DNA from: Cyanophora paradoxa CCMP329
Lineage: Eukaryota > Plantae > Glaucophyta
Length of the DNA stretch: 64,000 bases
Assembly (NCBI GenBank): GCA_004431415.1
Contig: QPMI01000609.1
Span: forward strand, 161,440 to 225,439
Direction of reading: 5' to 3'
In this document: one piece after another, positions 1-12,257 of the stretch
Numbering within the stretch: the stretch's first letter is position 1
Layout: each line of letters begins with the position of its first letter
Made by a program: the position numbers and the translations under genes
The notes under the pieces: generated by a model
Databases searched by the model: none
The model's input: the letters and a program-made list of their open reading frames with translations, nothing else
Told to the model about the DNA's origin: nothing

Positions 1-28
1 TAAGCTTAAGTCTATGCGGCCACTGCAG

Positions 29-1078
29 CCGGGAGCGGATCGCGGAGGACCAGCTGGAGGCGCACATGGCGGTGGTGGGGTACGGCAACGGCGGGCGCTC
101 GCCCCTCGAGGGCCTCGCCTTCTACCGCGAGGACGCGCGCGGGGCCCGCGTCCTCGTACCCCACGCCCCCGAGGTCCTCCGCGTCCAGGCGAGCCCGAAT
201 CGTGCGGGATCAAATCTAACTGGAATCGAATTTGATCCGCGGGCACGCGCGCGCAGGAGCCCGTGGCATGGGAGTCCCACACGCTGCGGCTCTACGTATC
301 GAGCCCGCGCCCCTCCGACCTCCAGGCGAGGCCCCCGCCCCCTTTCCTTTCCCTATCTATCTCCTCCCTCTCAGCTTCGGGGCAGGTGCGGGCGGTGCGG
401 GAGGCCTTCGGGGAGGTCCTCAAGTCGGACCCCACCCGCTGGGGCTTCCTCCGCATGGTCGGCGAGGGCCTCTCCCCGGAAGAACCCCTCGACGCCGAGC
501 CGTCCCAGGCCCCGGCCCAAGCAACGGCTGGGCCGCGCGCCTCCTCGTCCTCGTCCTCCTCCGCGCGGCCCTCGCCGGCCGGCGCCGCGATCGACCTCTC
601 CAGCGACGACGAGGAGGGGCGCGCGGGGGCGCGCCGCAGCGGCGGCAGCGCGGAGGACGCGGAGGAGGATGGGGAGGGCGGCTTTGGGGACGAGTTCCCG
701 TGCACGCAGCCGGACCGCTGGCCCGACGAGCTCCTCCCGCCCTCCCAGCAGCCCGAGGAGCCCGCCTCGGACTACTTCTCGAGCCAGGCCTCCTACTCCT
801 CCGGCTCCGGTTCGGGCTCGGGCCCTGGCCCCAGCTCGCAGCAGCAGCATCAGCCGCAGCAGCCAGCTGGCGGCCCCGCGCCCCTCCGCCGCACCGCCAC
901 CGCGGCGGCGGCGCCGGCCGGCGGGCGCCCCGGCGGGAAGCCGACGGTGCAGACGCGAATGGAGGACTACGCGGCGGTCAAGCGCAAGCGGGAGCCCTCA
1001 GACAAGGAGAAAGAGGCGGCGCCCCGCGGGGCGGGCCCCGCCCCCTCCAAGCGGCCCGCCCTCGCCGGGGGCCGGTAG
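29..1078 (+). CDS. 3' part of SAMHD1-like HD-domain dNTP triphosphohydrolase with acidic/low-complexity tail (5' end outside window)
   Basis: Spliced exons (introns 189-256, 326-385) read EDQLEAHMAVVGYGNGGRSPLEGLAFY...EPVAWESHTLRLYV...VRAVREAF, resembling the SAMHD1 C-terminal pattern (DYG..NPIDHVSFY...P.KF.EQLIRVY). The HD core is not in the window. Stop TAG at 1076-1078. Confidence 0.5.
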
Positions 1079-1302
1079 GCGGGTGACCGGCCCCATTCTT
1101 TGAAGAAGAACAGAGAGGGCGCGTGTACAGATCCTTGGCGCGAGAACGAGCCGGGTGGCATGGGGCGGGGAGGGGGGGGGGGGGGGGGGGGGGGGGGCAT
1201 GGCGCCGACGGGTGTGGGACCGCGCCGTGAACTCGAAGGGTACGGGGCCACGGCCGCGGAGCCGAAGCTTGGTAATGCCGAGGAAGGGATGGCGGTGGCG
1301 GG

Positions 1303-2087
1303 TCATGGGGGCAGGGCGCCGGAGCGCGTGAGGAGGAGGCCGACGGGTACGTCGTGCACGAGGACGGGTACAGCGTCCACCACCTGACGTCAGCCCGTCA
1401 GCCCGGCGCACGGCGGGCGCCGTCATTGCGGGCGGCCGCGGGCCGCACCTGCGCTTCCAGGCAGACGGCGATGAAGGGCGGAGGGGGCAATCCAGATCGG
1501 GCCCTGGCTGCCGCGAGCCCAGCCAGGAACCTGCGCGCGCGAGCGATCAGGTCCAGGGACGCAGCGGGCGCCGCCGCGCGCCGCACTTGTCGTAGTAGCG
1601 CTTCCCATGGCCGAGCCTGCAGCAGGAGCGGTCGAAGGCGAGGCCGGGCACGAGCACGAGGTCGAGTTCCGCCGCGGCCGCCCGCTCGCCGTCCAGCGGC
1701 GGCGTCGGGATGCCCCACGAGTCCCGCGGTAGCGCCTCGTACGCCTCGAGCGACGGGACGCGCAGCATGGCGATCTCCCCCGCAGCCGCGTCCACGGCTG
1801 GCAAGAAAAGCCGCCGCCCGGACGAGAGCGCGTCACGGACCACCGCGTCCAGCGAGAGCTCCCCGGCCATTGCGGCGTACGCCGCGACGGATCGCGCTGT
1901 GGCGTACTGCCGGGCGGTCAGCTGGGCTCCCGCGCGAGCGCTGGGGGCTGGCGGGGCGCGCCTCGGTTCGTTGCAGGACGAGCTCGCAAACACGCGCGCT
2001 CTCCTCCGCGACCCTGGCCGGCTCCAGAGCCGCAACTCGCGCGCGGATCTCGCGCCGCAGCGCACGCTTAAGCTCCTGCACCGACAT
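1303..2087 (-). CDS. MTHFS: 5-formyltetrahydrofolate cyclo-ligase (methenyl-THF synthetase), 4 exons
   Basis: MSVQELKRALRREIRAR..., RRLFLPAV, WGIPTP, LDLVLVPGLAFDRSCCRLGHGKRYYDK, VPVLVHDVPV; introns join these into one frame; TGA at 1303-1305. Confidence 0.92.
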
Positions 2088-2331
2088 CGGCTCGCCGCCG
2101 CAGGCGACGGCTGCCTATTGACTGCAACGGTGCTTCTGGTACGAACTTCTGTGGCGGAAATACTGCAATTGCAAGTGCGTCTGAGCGCCAACGCACCGTA
2201 CCCCGGCAGCGCGGCTCGAGCGCGAATTCGAAGCACGCGAAGGCACTGCGGTGTCGGGTTTCGAGCGCAGCAGTAGCGCGGAGTTTGGAGCGTGGAAGTT
2301 GAGCGCCCGGCCAGCGTGAATCGGAGGCGAG
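2088..2331. promoter_or_regulatory. Short divergent (bidirectional) intergenic region
   Basis: 244 bp between the head-to-head start codons of MTHFS (2087, -) and the gene starting at 2332 (+). Confidence 0.55.
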
Positions 2332-5300
2332 ATGGCGAGCCCAGCAGAAGAGCTGGGCCGCAAGTTTGACACGAAGTTCGACAGAGGCGATGACTGCGTC
2401 CAGTTCCGCTCGAGGATGATTGCGGCGCTGCGCGAGCTCGGCCCCGGCACGCACCAGCTCAGCGCTTTTTCGAAGGCCTGGGAAGGAACGGGCGACATCG
2501 CCGACTTCCAGGCGCGTCTCATCGCGAGCTGCTCGCGGCCGGGCGGCTGACGGTCGCCGCGCAGGTCGAGTTCCTGGATCTGCTTCAAACCCTGACGCCT
2601 GGCGCCGAGCCGGTCGAGGAGACCTGCGTGGAGATGGCGCTGCGCGCCTTTGTTCCCGGCTTCGTCGCGGAGTTCAGCGCGAGTGCTGGAACGATCACGG
2701 TCGACGGGCGGATCCAGGAGCTGAGCGACGATGCGGCGCCGCTCGACGCGGCGCGCGCGAAGGAGCTCGTCGGGCTTCTGTGGCCCAAGCTCGCCGCCAG
2801 GCACGGCGGCTCCGTTCCCCTGCGGGCCATGGAGACCGAGTGGCAGCGAGCCTGCGGGAAGACATACGCCGAGAGCGCCGCGGGAAGCAGCAGCGCGCCG
2901 CCTTCCCTCCGCGAGGCCGTCGACGCGGCTCTGGGCCCGGCAATCCACTCGCAGTCCGCCCCGGGTGCCGAGGGCGGGTTGGTCTTTCGCGCCGCCCCCA
3001 GCGGGGCCGCCGCGCCGGCCCCCGCGGCCTCCGGCGCCCCCGCCGCTGCCGCCGCGCCCGCAGCGAAGAAGCGCATGCCCCCGCCGCCCGTCGCGACGCC
3101 GGCCGTAGCAGCCCCTGTCGCCGCAGCGGCGCCCGCTGCCGCCGAGGTCCCCGCGGCGGCAGCCCCTGCAGCAGCCGCGGGAGCCAAGCGCTCCCGGCCC
3201 GCCATTCCCGCCCCAGCGGCGAAGCCGGCCGCTCCTCCTCCGCCCCCGTCGCCCTCGGCCGCGGCGGCGGCGAAGCGAATGAAGACGGCACCCGTCGCTC
3301 CGGCGGCACCCGCGGCGGCGGCGGCAGCAGCAGCAGCAGCGGCGCCGTCGCCGGCAGACGGGGCGGGCGCCCCGAAGAAGCGGATCCTGAAGCTGCCCGT
3401 CTCGTCGTCGCCCTCTTCGTCGTCCACCCCCGCCCCCACCCCGCGCTCGCCGGCCGCGAAGCGCCTCCGCCCCACCCCGGCCCCGGCGGCGCCCGCCTCC
3501 TCCGCCGCCTCCGCCTCCGGCAGCGGGCGGCCGGACCTCCTGGCGGCCGTCCGCCGGCGCCTCTTCGAGACGGCCATCGCCGAGTGGCGGGCCCTCCAGC
3601 GGCCCGAGTGGGTGCGCCTCGCCCCGCCCCGCCCCGCCCGCGGACCGCGCCTGAGAGACCGCGGTCCACAGGTGCCCCTCGAGAAGGTGGCCGCACGCTA
3701 CGCGAAGCTCGTGGGGCACGACCCCCAGCAAGGTGCCCAGCTTTTCTGTCCTTGCTTTGAGGCGCGCGCGCCTCCTTCCAGGCTGACGGACGGTCCCAGA
3801 CCTGGGCGAGGGCGCGCCGACCCTCCACCAGTTCGTGCGGCTCCACCTCGAGCGCTTCCTCGTCCTCAAGCAGGCGCTCTCTCTTGCCTTCTTGACCTCT
3901 ATCTTCTCCTTCTTCGTTCTTAAAGGCGTGCGCAGACGGGGCGCGGGCTGCCGGCCGCCTCGTCCTCCTCGGCGCCCGCGGCGGACCACCAGCTCTTCGC
4001 CGTCTCGCCCCTGACGGAGGCCTCGCCCGAGGCCTTCCCGGCGCCCCCCGCCGCCCCCACGCGGAACCGCCTGCTGCTGCGGGTGCTCGGCGTGCTCCGG
4101 GACCTTCCGCTGCAGCCGCGGGCGCTCCGGGGCGTGCCAGCGGCAGCCATGGCGTACCAGCGCGCGTACGGGGCGCCGCTGGCCTCGCACCTGAACGCCC
4201 CGCCCGAGGCGGAGGCGGGAGGGATCCTGGAGGCGCTGCGGGAGCTGGCGGGGGCCTACGTAGAGTTTCCGGCGGCGTCGGCGGCGGCGGGGGCGGCCGG
4301 GGCCGACTCGCACGCGCTGGCGCGCTTCAAGGGCAAGCGCGGGGCCGCCGCCGTCGACGAGCTCGCGAGGCTCGCAGGTCCGCCCCGCCCGCCCGCCCTC
4401 CTCCCATCCGCTCGCCCGCTCACCCCGCCCGCCTCGCCTGGTCGCAGCCAAGCACGAGGGCCTGACGGTCCCCGCCTTCTCTGCCGGCAAGAAGCCTGCG
4501 GCGGAGGCGCCGCCGACAACCGTGGCGGCGGCCGCCGCCGCGCCGGCGGGCAGGCGGGGCGTCGTCTCGCTGGCGGGGATCGCCCGCGGCTCGCCGGGGC
4601 CGTCCTCCGCGCCCCTCTCGGTCCGCTCCGCCGCGTCCGCCGGCAAAGCCCCCGCCTCGCCCGCCAAGCCGGCCGCCGCCGCGAAGCCCAAGGCCGGGCC
4701 GCGGCCTCGGCCGCGGCCGCGAAGAAGAAGGAGGCCGGCGCCGGCGCCGGCGCCGGGGGCCTCGCGGAGCGCCTGAAGGCCAAAGTTGAGGCGAGGCTGG
4801 GCGGCCGGGCCGCGCCGCGGGCTGTGGCGGCCCGGGCCGAGACCGGGGACGCGGACGGGGACGACGAGGCCCCCGCCCCGCCCCGCGCCCGACCCGCCGC
4901 CGCCCCCACCGCGACCCTCGCCACCCTCGCCGCCCGCCGCCTGGCCGGCGCCGCCCCCGCCGCTCGCGCCTCCCTCCTCCGGCCCGCCTCGGCCGGGTCG
5001 CCCCGTGCGCCGCGTGCGCCCCCGCGCCCCGCCCCGCCGCGGCGCCGTTGACGGTCTCGCGCAGGGGCCATCTCGACCGGTATCGCATCGACGGGCCGCC
5101 TCTCGGCGGACATAGCGGCGCGCCTCTCGCGGCCGCTGCCGCTGCCCCTCCGGCGTGCGGCCGCTGCCGCGCCCTACGAGGAGGAGGATGACGAGGAGGA
5201 GGACGGCGATCTTGCGTACGGGGAAGAGGAGGAGGAGGCCTACGAGGACGAGGAGGAGGCGGGGGCGCTGCGCCCCGGCGAGGTATCCCCCTTCCGCCCG

Positions 5301-6711
5301 CGACGAAGTCGAGAAGCTGACGGGCCGGCAGCTCGTCGTCGTGGGCGAGGACGGACAGGAGTACGTCCTGATGCCCCGCGCCGCCGTCGCCGGCCCCGGC
5401 GGCGGCGCCGCCGCCGTCCGCCGCCCCGCGCCGGCTCCGGCCCTCTACGACGAGGAGGAGGAGGGGTACGGGGACGCCGAGGAGGAGGAGGGGTACGAGG
5501 AAGAAGCGGGCGCCTCCTGGCCCCCCGCCCCGCGCCGGGGCCCGGCCCTGGCCGCCCGCGCGCCCTCCGCCGGCCCGCCTCGGCCCCCGCTCCGGCCCCC
5601 GGCCTCTACGTACCCCCGCCGCCCGCCTCTCCTCAGCCTCTTCCTCCGCCCGCCCGCGGCTCACTGCGACGTCGGCCCTCGCGGCCGCCGCCCGCCGCCG
5701 GGCCGTCTCGGCGACTGCAGCGGCGCCCTACCGGCCCCCCGCCGCCCGCGGGGCCGCCGCCCCCGCCGCCCCGCCACGCCCCGCCGCACCATCCCCGCCC
5801 CCGCCCCCGCCCCGCCCCCGCCCCCGGTCCGTGCCGCCTGGCCACGCCCGGCCGTGCACGCCGCCTGCCCGCTGACGCCCCACGCAGCGGCCAAGGGTCG
5901 GGTGTCGGCTCCCGCAGTGACGGAATTGAAAGCGGCCGCCGCGCCGGCCGGCGGGGCGCGCGCCCGAACCGTCTCACTCGCGCACGTACGCTCGGGCGGG
6001 GCGCCCGCGCCGTCGGCCCGGCCCGTCCCTCGCCGGGCCGGCGCGCCGGGGCCGCCGCCGCCGCCGCCGCCGCCTCGCGGCCGCGCGCGGGGGCGATAAA
6101 GCGGACGGACGAGGCGCGCTGCTTCAGGCGGGACCTCTTCGGTGTCCTCGTCCGCCTCTCGAAGGGCGCCGGCGTGGGGCGGCCCGTACCCTTCCCCGAA
6201 ATCCGCGCCGGCTTCCAGCAGAAGGAGGGGCGCACCCTCGACGCCGCCGCCGCCGCCCTCACCGCCGGCGGCGTCGCGCCCTCCCTCCCCACCCTCCTCA
6301 AGACCCTGTACCCCGCCGGGGCCGTCAGTGTGGACGCTCGGGCGGGGACGGCGGCGCTGCAGACCTTCGTGCTCCCGGACCCGACTTGGACGCAGGGGGG
6401 CAGGGCCTCCAGGGTACACGCCCACAACTTTCTCGAGGTGCGCGCGCATGTGTACCCCGGACGGGGGCGCGACGGCGAGCGACATCGTTGACGTGTTCCG
6501 CGCGCAGGGCCTAGGCGCCGGACTCTTCTTGGCGGGCGGCGAAGCGGAGGCGGAAGCGGAGGCGGAGGAGGCGGGGGCCGGGGACCTGGAGGGGTACGAG
6601 GCGGCCGGGGACGCGTACGGCGATTTCGAAGGGGCGGACGCCGACGGGGCGGACGGGGGGTTGGAGGGCCCCGCCGGGGGGGGCGAGGAGGCGGTCTTGG
6701 AGGAGCACTAG
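2332..6711 (+). CDS. Large multi-exon protein with 4-5 LOTUS/OST-HTH-like winged-helix domains separated by Ala/Pro-rich and acidic linkers
   Basis: Repeated ~70-aa globular blocks: KELVGLLWPKLAARHGGSVPLRAMETEWQRACGKTY..SLREAV; VPLEKVAARYAKLVGHDP; RVLGVLRDL...MAYQRAYGAPL...ILEALREL; VPFPEIRAGFQQKEGRTL...SLPTLLKTL. Several short introns; stop at 6709-6711. The gene is well supported, the domain identity is inferred. Confidence 0.55.
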
Positions 6712-7046
6712 TACTGAGCCCGCGTGCAGCCGTGCGCGATGGCCCCGCCTGCGCCTGCGCCGCGCCGCTGGCCGTCCCCCAGGCCGGGCCCAGCTGGTCC
6801 AAGCGCTTCGAAGCTGTGCGCAATGCAAAAAGTTAATGTGCTTGGCATCCGATGGTAAAAAAGAATCGAACTTCGGAACGCGGCCGTGGAATTGGGGAGC
6901 GTACGTAGACAGTACTACTAAGTAGTACTATATAGCTACGATACCACGAGAAGCCGCACGGCCCGGCGGCCCTGCCAGGCTGATCTAGCCCCGGGCCCCG
7001 CGGCCGGCCCCCGCCGGCCCCCCGGCCCGGAGCCCGGGGCCCTGCG

Positions 7047-7173
7047 TTTTTTTGCAAAAATGGACGTCGCATTGATACACCACGGCACATGTATCAATGT
7101 TCTACGTGACGTGCCCTTCCGACCGGTCATCTATCTAGCCGAAGATGCTAGCTAGGTGCCGGCCATGGGTCGC
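7047..7173 (-). mobile_element. 3' end of poly(A) retroposon family R2 (copy probably extends further right)
   Basis: Near-identical to the reverse complement of 40489-40615; T-run at 7047-7053; hairpin CATTGATACA-N10-TGTATCAATG. Confidence 0.65.
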
Positions 7174-8619
7174 TCAATATGGGAGGTTCGCCTGAGTGGG
7201 GGAGCCATGGTTTTCGGTGATAGCCGTAACCAGACCCGCGCGCCCACCCCTTGATCAACTCCTCCATCCACAGCGAGAATCAGCTCGGGTTGAGCTCGAG
7301 TAAAACCCGAGATAGCATTTTACCGAAAGTGCCATGCAAGGATGAGCCCGAAATACCATCTGAGCTCATCTCGGCAGGCATCTAAGCTTATTTAAGCTTA
7401 TCTCGCAGGCCTGTGACCGGAGCACCCGTGCACCCGTGCCGCGCACCCACCCGGGTGACCAGCGAGCAGCCAATCTCGATTGCACTCACTCTCTAGCTAG
7501 CTAGCTAGCTATCAGATGCCTATGGTCTCGCTAGCTAGCTAGCTACAGCTACATCGCGCCTCGTTGACCAACTCTTAGCGCAGCGCAGCGCCATCGCCCA
7601 CTTGTCCCAGCCGCCGGCGCCGCTCCATGTGCTCCACCACATCCGCGGCGCCTCGTTGCGCGTGCCGCGGTGCCGCCAGGCGCCTGCACGCGCGAAGTCA
7701 AGGCAAGGCGCGGCGCCTAAAGCTCAGCGCGGGACGGGAAGCTATAGGATGGACCGGCCTGGCGCGCTTGCTAGGAAGCATTGCGCATGCTAGCTAACGT
7801 GGCGCAGCCTGGGGCGCGCGCGTACCTGGTGCCAGAGGGACCGCGGAACGCGGAACGCAGGGAGACCAGGGCTCCTGCACGGAGTAGTCAGATCACTTAG
7901 CAAATCCGATGGCAGGACGGTTTCTTGGGCACTTGTTCGAACCTGCCATCGCGTCTCGGTCCAGAGCGTCGGAATTCGCGTCTCGGTGCTCGGAAGGGTT
8001 GCTGTCCGCCCTCAAGAGCTAGTTAGCCAGCGTGGCACCAAGTGGACGGCGGGAGACCGACCGCGGCGGGTGTCCGTTGAAGCCGATGAACGGAAGCCGA
8101 TGAACAAGGACCTGCGCGTGAAGAGGACAAGAATGCGCTACGAGTCGCGGTTCAATGCTGTTGCTCGGGCGGCGGCCAGCGAGGCCTGCGGGACGAAGAC
8201 GTTGACGAAGGCTTTTTGGATGTGTACCCTGTCCAATTGCGTACTGGTACCCCGGTCCCGCAGCTGCATTGCTGCTGCAACCATGTGCAACGGTCCCGCA
8301 GCTGCATCCCATCGTGCAGCTGAGCGCGTGCAAGCATACGTGTGCGAGGATGCCAAGGATGCCAAGAACTGGCGCGGCAACCGATACACAGCCCGAGCAG
8401 CTAGCGAGCGAAAAGCTTCGTGCGTGCCAATTCTAATACAATCTCTCGTGTATAAGTCCCCAGGGCTGAGTACTCCGTGGCGCAGGGCGACTCGGCGACG
8501 CAGCGCAGATGCTGACGCAGCGCGATCCATGCGGGGACCCGCCCCTCCGGCAAGCGATATGAACATTTCGTACCATGCTCAGAAGTTTTCTCATAGACAA
8601 GTCATGGGGCCGCCGCATA

Positions 8620-10300
8620 GGGCCGAGGCGCGGCCAGGCGGAGCGGAGGCGCGGCGGCGCGGCTCGCCGGGCGGGGCAGAGGCGCAGCGGGCGGCTGGGC
8701 ACTCTCGTCGGGCGGCGCGGGAGGTGCGGCGGGAGGCGGCGAGGCTCGCCGCACGCGGCGGAGGCGCGGCGGGCGGCGGCGCGGCTCTCCGGGCGGGGCG
8801 GAGGCGCAGCTGGCGGCGGCGAGGCTCGCCGCACGGAGCGGGAGGTGCGGCGGGAGGCGCTGCGGCTCACGGGGAGAGGCGAAGGCGCGGCGGGCGGCGG
8901 CGAGGCTCTCCGGGCGGGGCGGAGGCGCGGCGGGCGGCGGGGCATCTCGCCGGGCGGGGCGGGAGGCGCGGCGGGCGGCGGGGCATCTTGCCGGGCGGTG
9001 CGGGAGGTGCGGCGGGCGGCGACGAGGCTCGCCGCACGCGGCGGAGGCGCAGCGGGCGGCGGCGAGGCTCACCGGGCGGGGCGGGAGGCGCGGCGGGCGG
9101 CGGGGCATCTTGCCGGGCGGTGCGGGAGGTGCGGCGGGCGGCGACGAGGCTCGCCGCACGCGGCGGAGGCGCGTCGGGCGGCGGAGGCTCTCCGGGCGGG
9201 GCGGAGGCGCGGCGGGCGGCGGGGCATCTCGCCGGGCGGTGCGCGAGGCGCGGCGGGCGGCGACGAGGCTCGCCGCACGCGGCGGAGGCGCGGCGGGCGG
9301 CGGGGCATCTCGCCGGGCGGGGCAGAGGCGCGGCGGGCGGCGGGGCATCTCGGCGGGCGGCGCGGGAGGCGCGGCGGGCGGCGGCGAGGCTCTCCGGGCG
9401 GGGCGGAGGCGCGGCGGGCGGCGGCGAGGCTCACCGGGCGGGGCGGAGGCGAGGCGGGCGGCGGGGCATCTCGGCGGGCGGTGCGGGAGGTGCGGCGGGC
9501 GGCGACGAAGCTCGCCGCACGCGGCGGAGGCGCAGCGGGCGGCGGGGCATCTCGCCGGGCGGGGCGGGAGGCGCGGCGGGCGGCGACGAGGCTCGCCGCA
9601 CGCGGCGGAGGCGCGGCAGGCGGCGGCGAGGCTCACCGGGCGGGGCGGAGGCGAGGCGGGCGGCGGGGCATCTCGCCGGGCGGGGCGGAGGCGAGGCGGG
9701 CGGCGGGGCATCTCGGCGGGCGGCGCGGGAGGCGCGGCGGGCGGCGACGAGGCTCGCCGCACGCGGCGGAGGCGCGGCGGGCGGCGGCGAGGCTCACCGG
9801 GCGGGGCGGAGGCGAGGCGGGCGGCGGGGCATCTCGCCGGGCGGTGCGCGAGGCGCGGCGGGCGGCGACGAGGCTCGCCGCACGCGGCGGAGGCGCGGCG
9901 GGCGGCGGGGCATCTCGCCGGGCGGGGCAGAGGCGCGGCGGGCGGCGGGGCATCTCGCCTGGCGGTGCGCGAGGCGCGGCGGGCGGCGGCGAAGCTCTCC
10001 GGGCGGGGCGGAGGCGCGGCGGGCGGCGACGAGGCTCGCCGCACGCGGCGGAGGCGAGGCGGGCGGCGGGGCATCTCGCCGGGCGGTGCGGGAGGTGCGG
10101 CGGGCGGCGACGAGGCTCGCCGCACGCGGCGGAGGCGCGGCGGGCGGCGGCGAGGCTCACCGGGCGGGGCGGAGGCGAGGCGGGCGGCGGGGCATCTCGC
10201 CGGGCGGTGCGCGAGGCGCGGCGGGCGGCGGCGAGGCTCTCCGGGCGGGGCGGAGGCGCGGCGGGCGGAGGCGCGGCGGGCGGCGGCGGGCGGCCCCGCC
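8620..10300. repeat. GC-rich minisatellite, ~38-bp variant units
   Basis: Recurring GGAGGCGCGGCGGGCGGCG core followed by alternating tails GGGCATCTCGCCGGGC / ACGAGGCTCGCCGCAC / GCGAGGCTCACCGGGC. Confidence 0.9.
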
Positions 10301-10371
10301 TGGCTGCTGCGCCTGCCGCTTGACTGCAGGTATACGCACTTATTTATAATATCAGCTAGCTAGCTGCTAGT

Positions 10372-10632
10372 GGCAGCCGCGGGGCGGGGCGGGGCGGGGC
10401 GGGGCAGCCGCGGGGCGGGGTGGGGCGGGGCGGGGCAGCTGCGGGGCGGGTGGGGCGGGGCGGGGCAGCCGCGGGGCGGGGTGGGCGGGGCGGGCAGCCG
10501 CGGGGCGGGGCGGGGCGGGCGGGGCAGCCGCGGGGCGGGGCGGGGCAGCCGCGGGGCGGGGCGGGGCGGGGCGGGCAGCCGCGGGGCGGGGCGGGGCGGG
10601 GCGGGGCAGCCGCGTGGCGGGGCGGGGCGGCC
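10372..10632 (+). repeat. (GGGGC)n / GGCAGCCGC low-complexity tract, G-quadruplex prone
   Basis: Dozens of GGGG runs separated by single C. Confidence 0.85.
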
Positions 10633-11111
10633 GCGGCGCCGGCCCGGCGACTTTAGCTGCTGGGCTTCCCCGAGGCTCTAGCCGCGTGAAGTCGCATGTT
10701 TTCCTTCTTTCTGTTTTCCGCTTTGGGATCAAGATGTACGCAGTCTAAATACTTCATTTGTATTCAAATACCAAGCCTGAAGCTTCGCCGAACTCGTAAC
10801 GTTCCGGACCGTCGGACGATGAGCAGCGCTGATCGATGTTGAAGTAGAATCGATGATGAACTTAGAGAAGTCAGGTCTAGTACTCTATAGCTAGTCTAAA
10901 GACTCATGTTAACTTGGATCGTCCGGAACGTTCGCGCTCGCCGCGAAAATCGGTGCGCACACTCTTAAGATACTATTCTTTCGGAATGTCACTCATTTAT
11001 ATCGAGATGAAGCTCTGCTGGCTCGCTCTGTGTCGCGATCGATCAGCGTGACCATATGCATCAACCAAGGGGCCCTGGCGAAGGCGCGGCACCCAGGCGC
11101 GCGGCACAGGC

Positions 11112-12257
11112 GGCCCGGCTCACCTTATAGAAACTGAATCCCAATGTAATACATGTTGTTTCTCAGGGCTCGGATGCAGGCGCGGGGCCCGCCCTGGGGA
11201 GGACGGGCGTGGTTCCGCGGGCCCATCATTCTCAGGTGCCCCCGGGCCCCTCACTCCCTCGAGGCGATTCTTCTGTGTCGCGACCGGCGACCCCGGCTCA
11301 CCTTATAGAAACTGAATCCCAATGTAATACATGTTGTTTCTCAGGGCTCGGATGCAGGCGCGGGGCCCGCCCTGGGGAGGACGGGCGTGGTTCCGCGGGC
11401 CCATCATTCTCAGGTGCCCCCGGGCCCCTCACTCCCTCGAGGCGATTCTTCTGTGTCGCGACCGGCGACCCCGGCTCACCTTATAGAAACTGAATCCCAA
11501 TGTAATACATGTTGTTTCTCAGGGCTCGGATGCAGGCGCGGGGCCCGCCCTGGGGAGGACGGGCGTGGTTCCGCGGGCCCATCATTCTCAGGTGCCCCCG
11601 GGCCCCTCACTCCCTCGAGGCGATTCTTCTGTGTCGCGCCCGGCGACCCCGGCTCACCTTATAGAAACTGCATTCCAATGTAATACATGTTGTTTCTCAG
11701 GGCTCGGATGCAGGCGCGGGGCCCGCTTTGGGGAGGACGGGCGTGGTTCCGCGGGCCCATCATTCTCAGGTGCCCCCCTCACTCCCTCGAGGCGATTCTT
11801 CTGTGTCGCGCCCGGCGACCCCGGCTCACCTTATAGAAACTGAATCCCAATGTAATACATGTTGTTTCTCAGGGCTCGGATGCAGGCGCGGGGCCCGCCC
11901 TGGGGAGGACGGGCGTGGTTCCGCGGGCCCATCATTCTCAGGTGCCCCCGGGCCCCTCACTCCCTCGAGGCGATTCTTCTGTGTCGCGCCCGGCGGCCCC
12001 GGCTCACCTTATAGAAACTGAATCCCAATGTAATACATGTTGTTTCTCAGGGCTCGGATGCAGGCGCGGGGCCCGCCCTGGGGAGGACGGGCGTGGTTCC
12101 GCGGGCCCATCATTCTCAGGTGCCCCCGGGCCCCTCACTCCCTCGAGGCGATTCTTCTGTGTCGCGCCCGGCGGCCCCGGCTCACCTTATAGAAACTGCA
12201 TTCCAATGTAATACATGTTGTTTCTCAGGGCTCGGATGCAGGCGCGGGGCCCGCCCT
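11112..12257. repeat. 178-bp tandem satellite, ~6.4 copies
   Basis: CACCTTATAG recurs at 11121, 11299, 11477, 11655, 11827, 12005, 12183 (period 178, one unit of 172). Confidence 0.95.

Noticed and set aside
2115-6823. Long minus-strand and alternative-frame ORFs over host genes (also 23000-30500)
   Set aside because: Shadow ORFs of very GC-rich coding sequence; Arg/Gly/Pro-rich without motifs.
7986-10363. Long ORFs of 417-787 aa
   Set aside because: Open in several frames and on both strands only because the GC minisatellite lacks stop codons.
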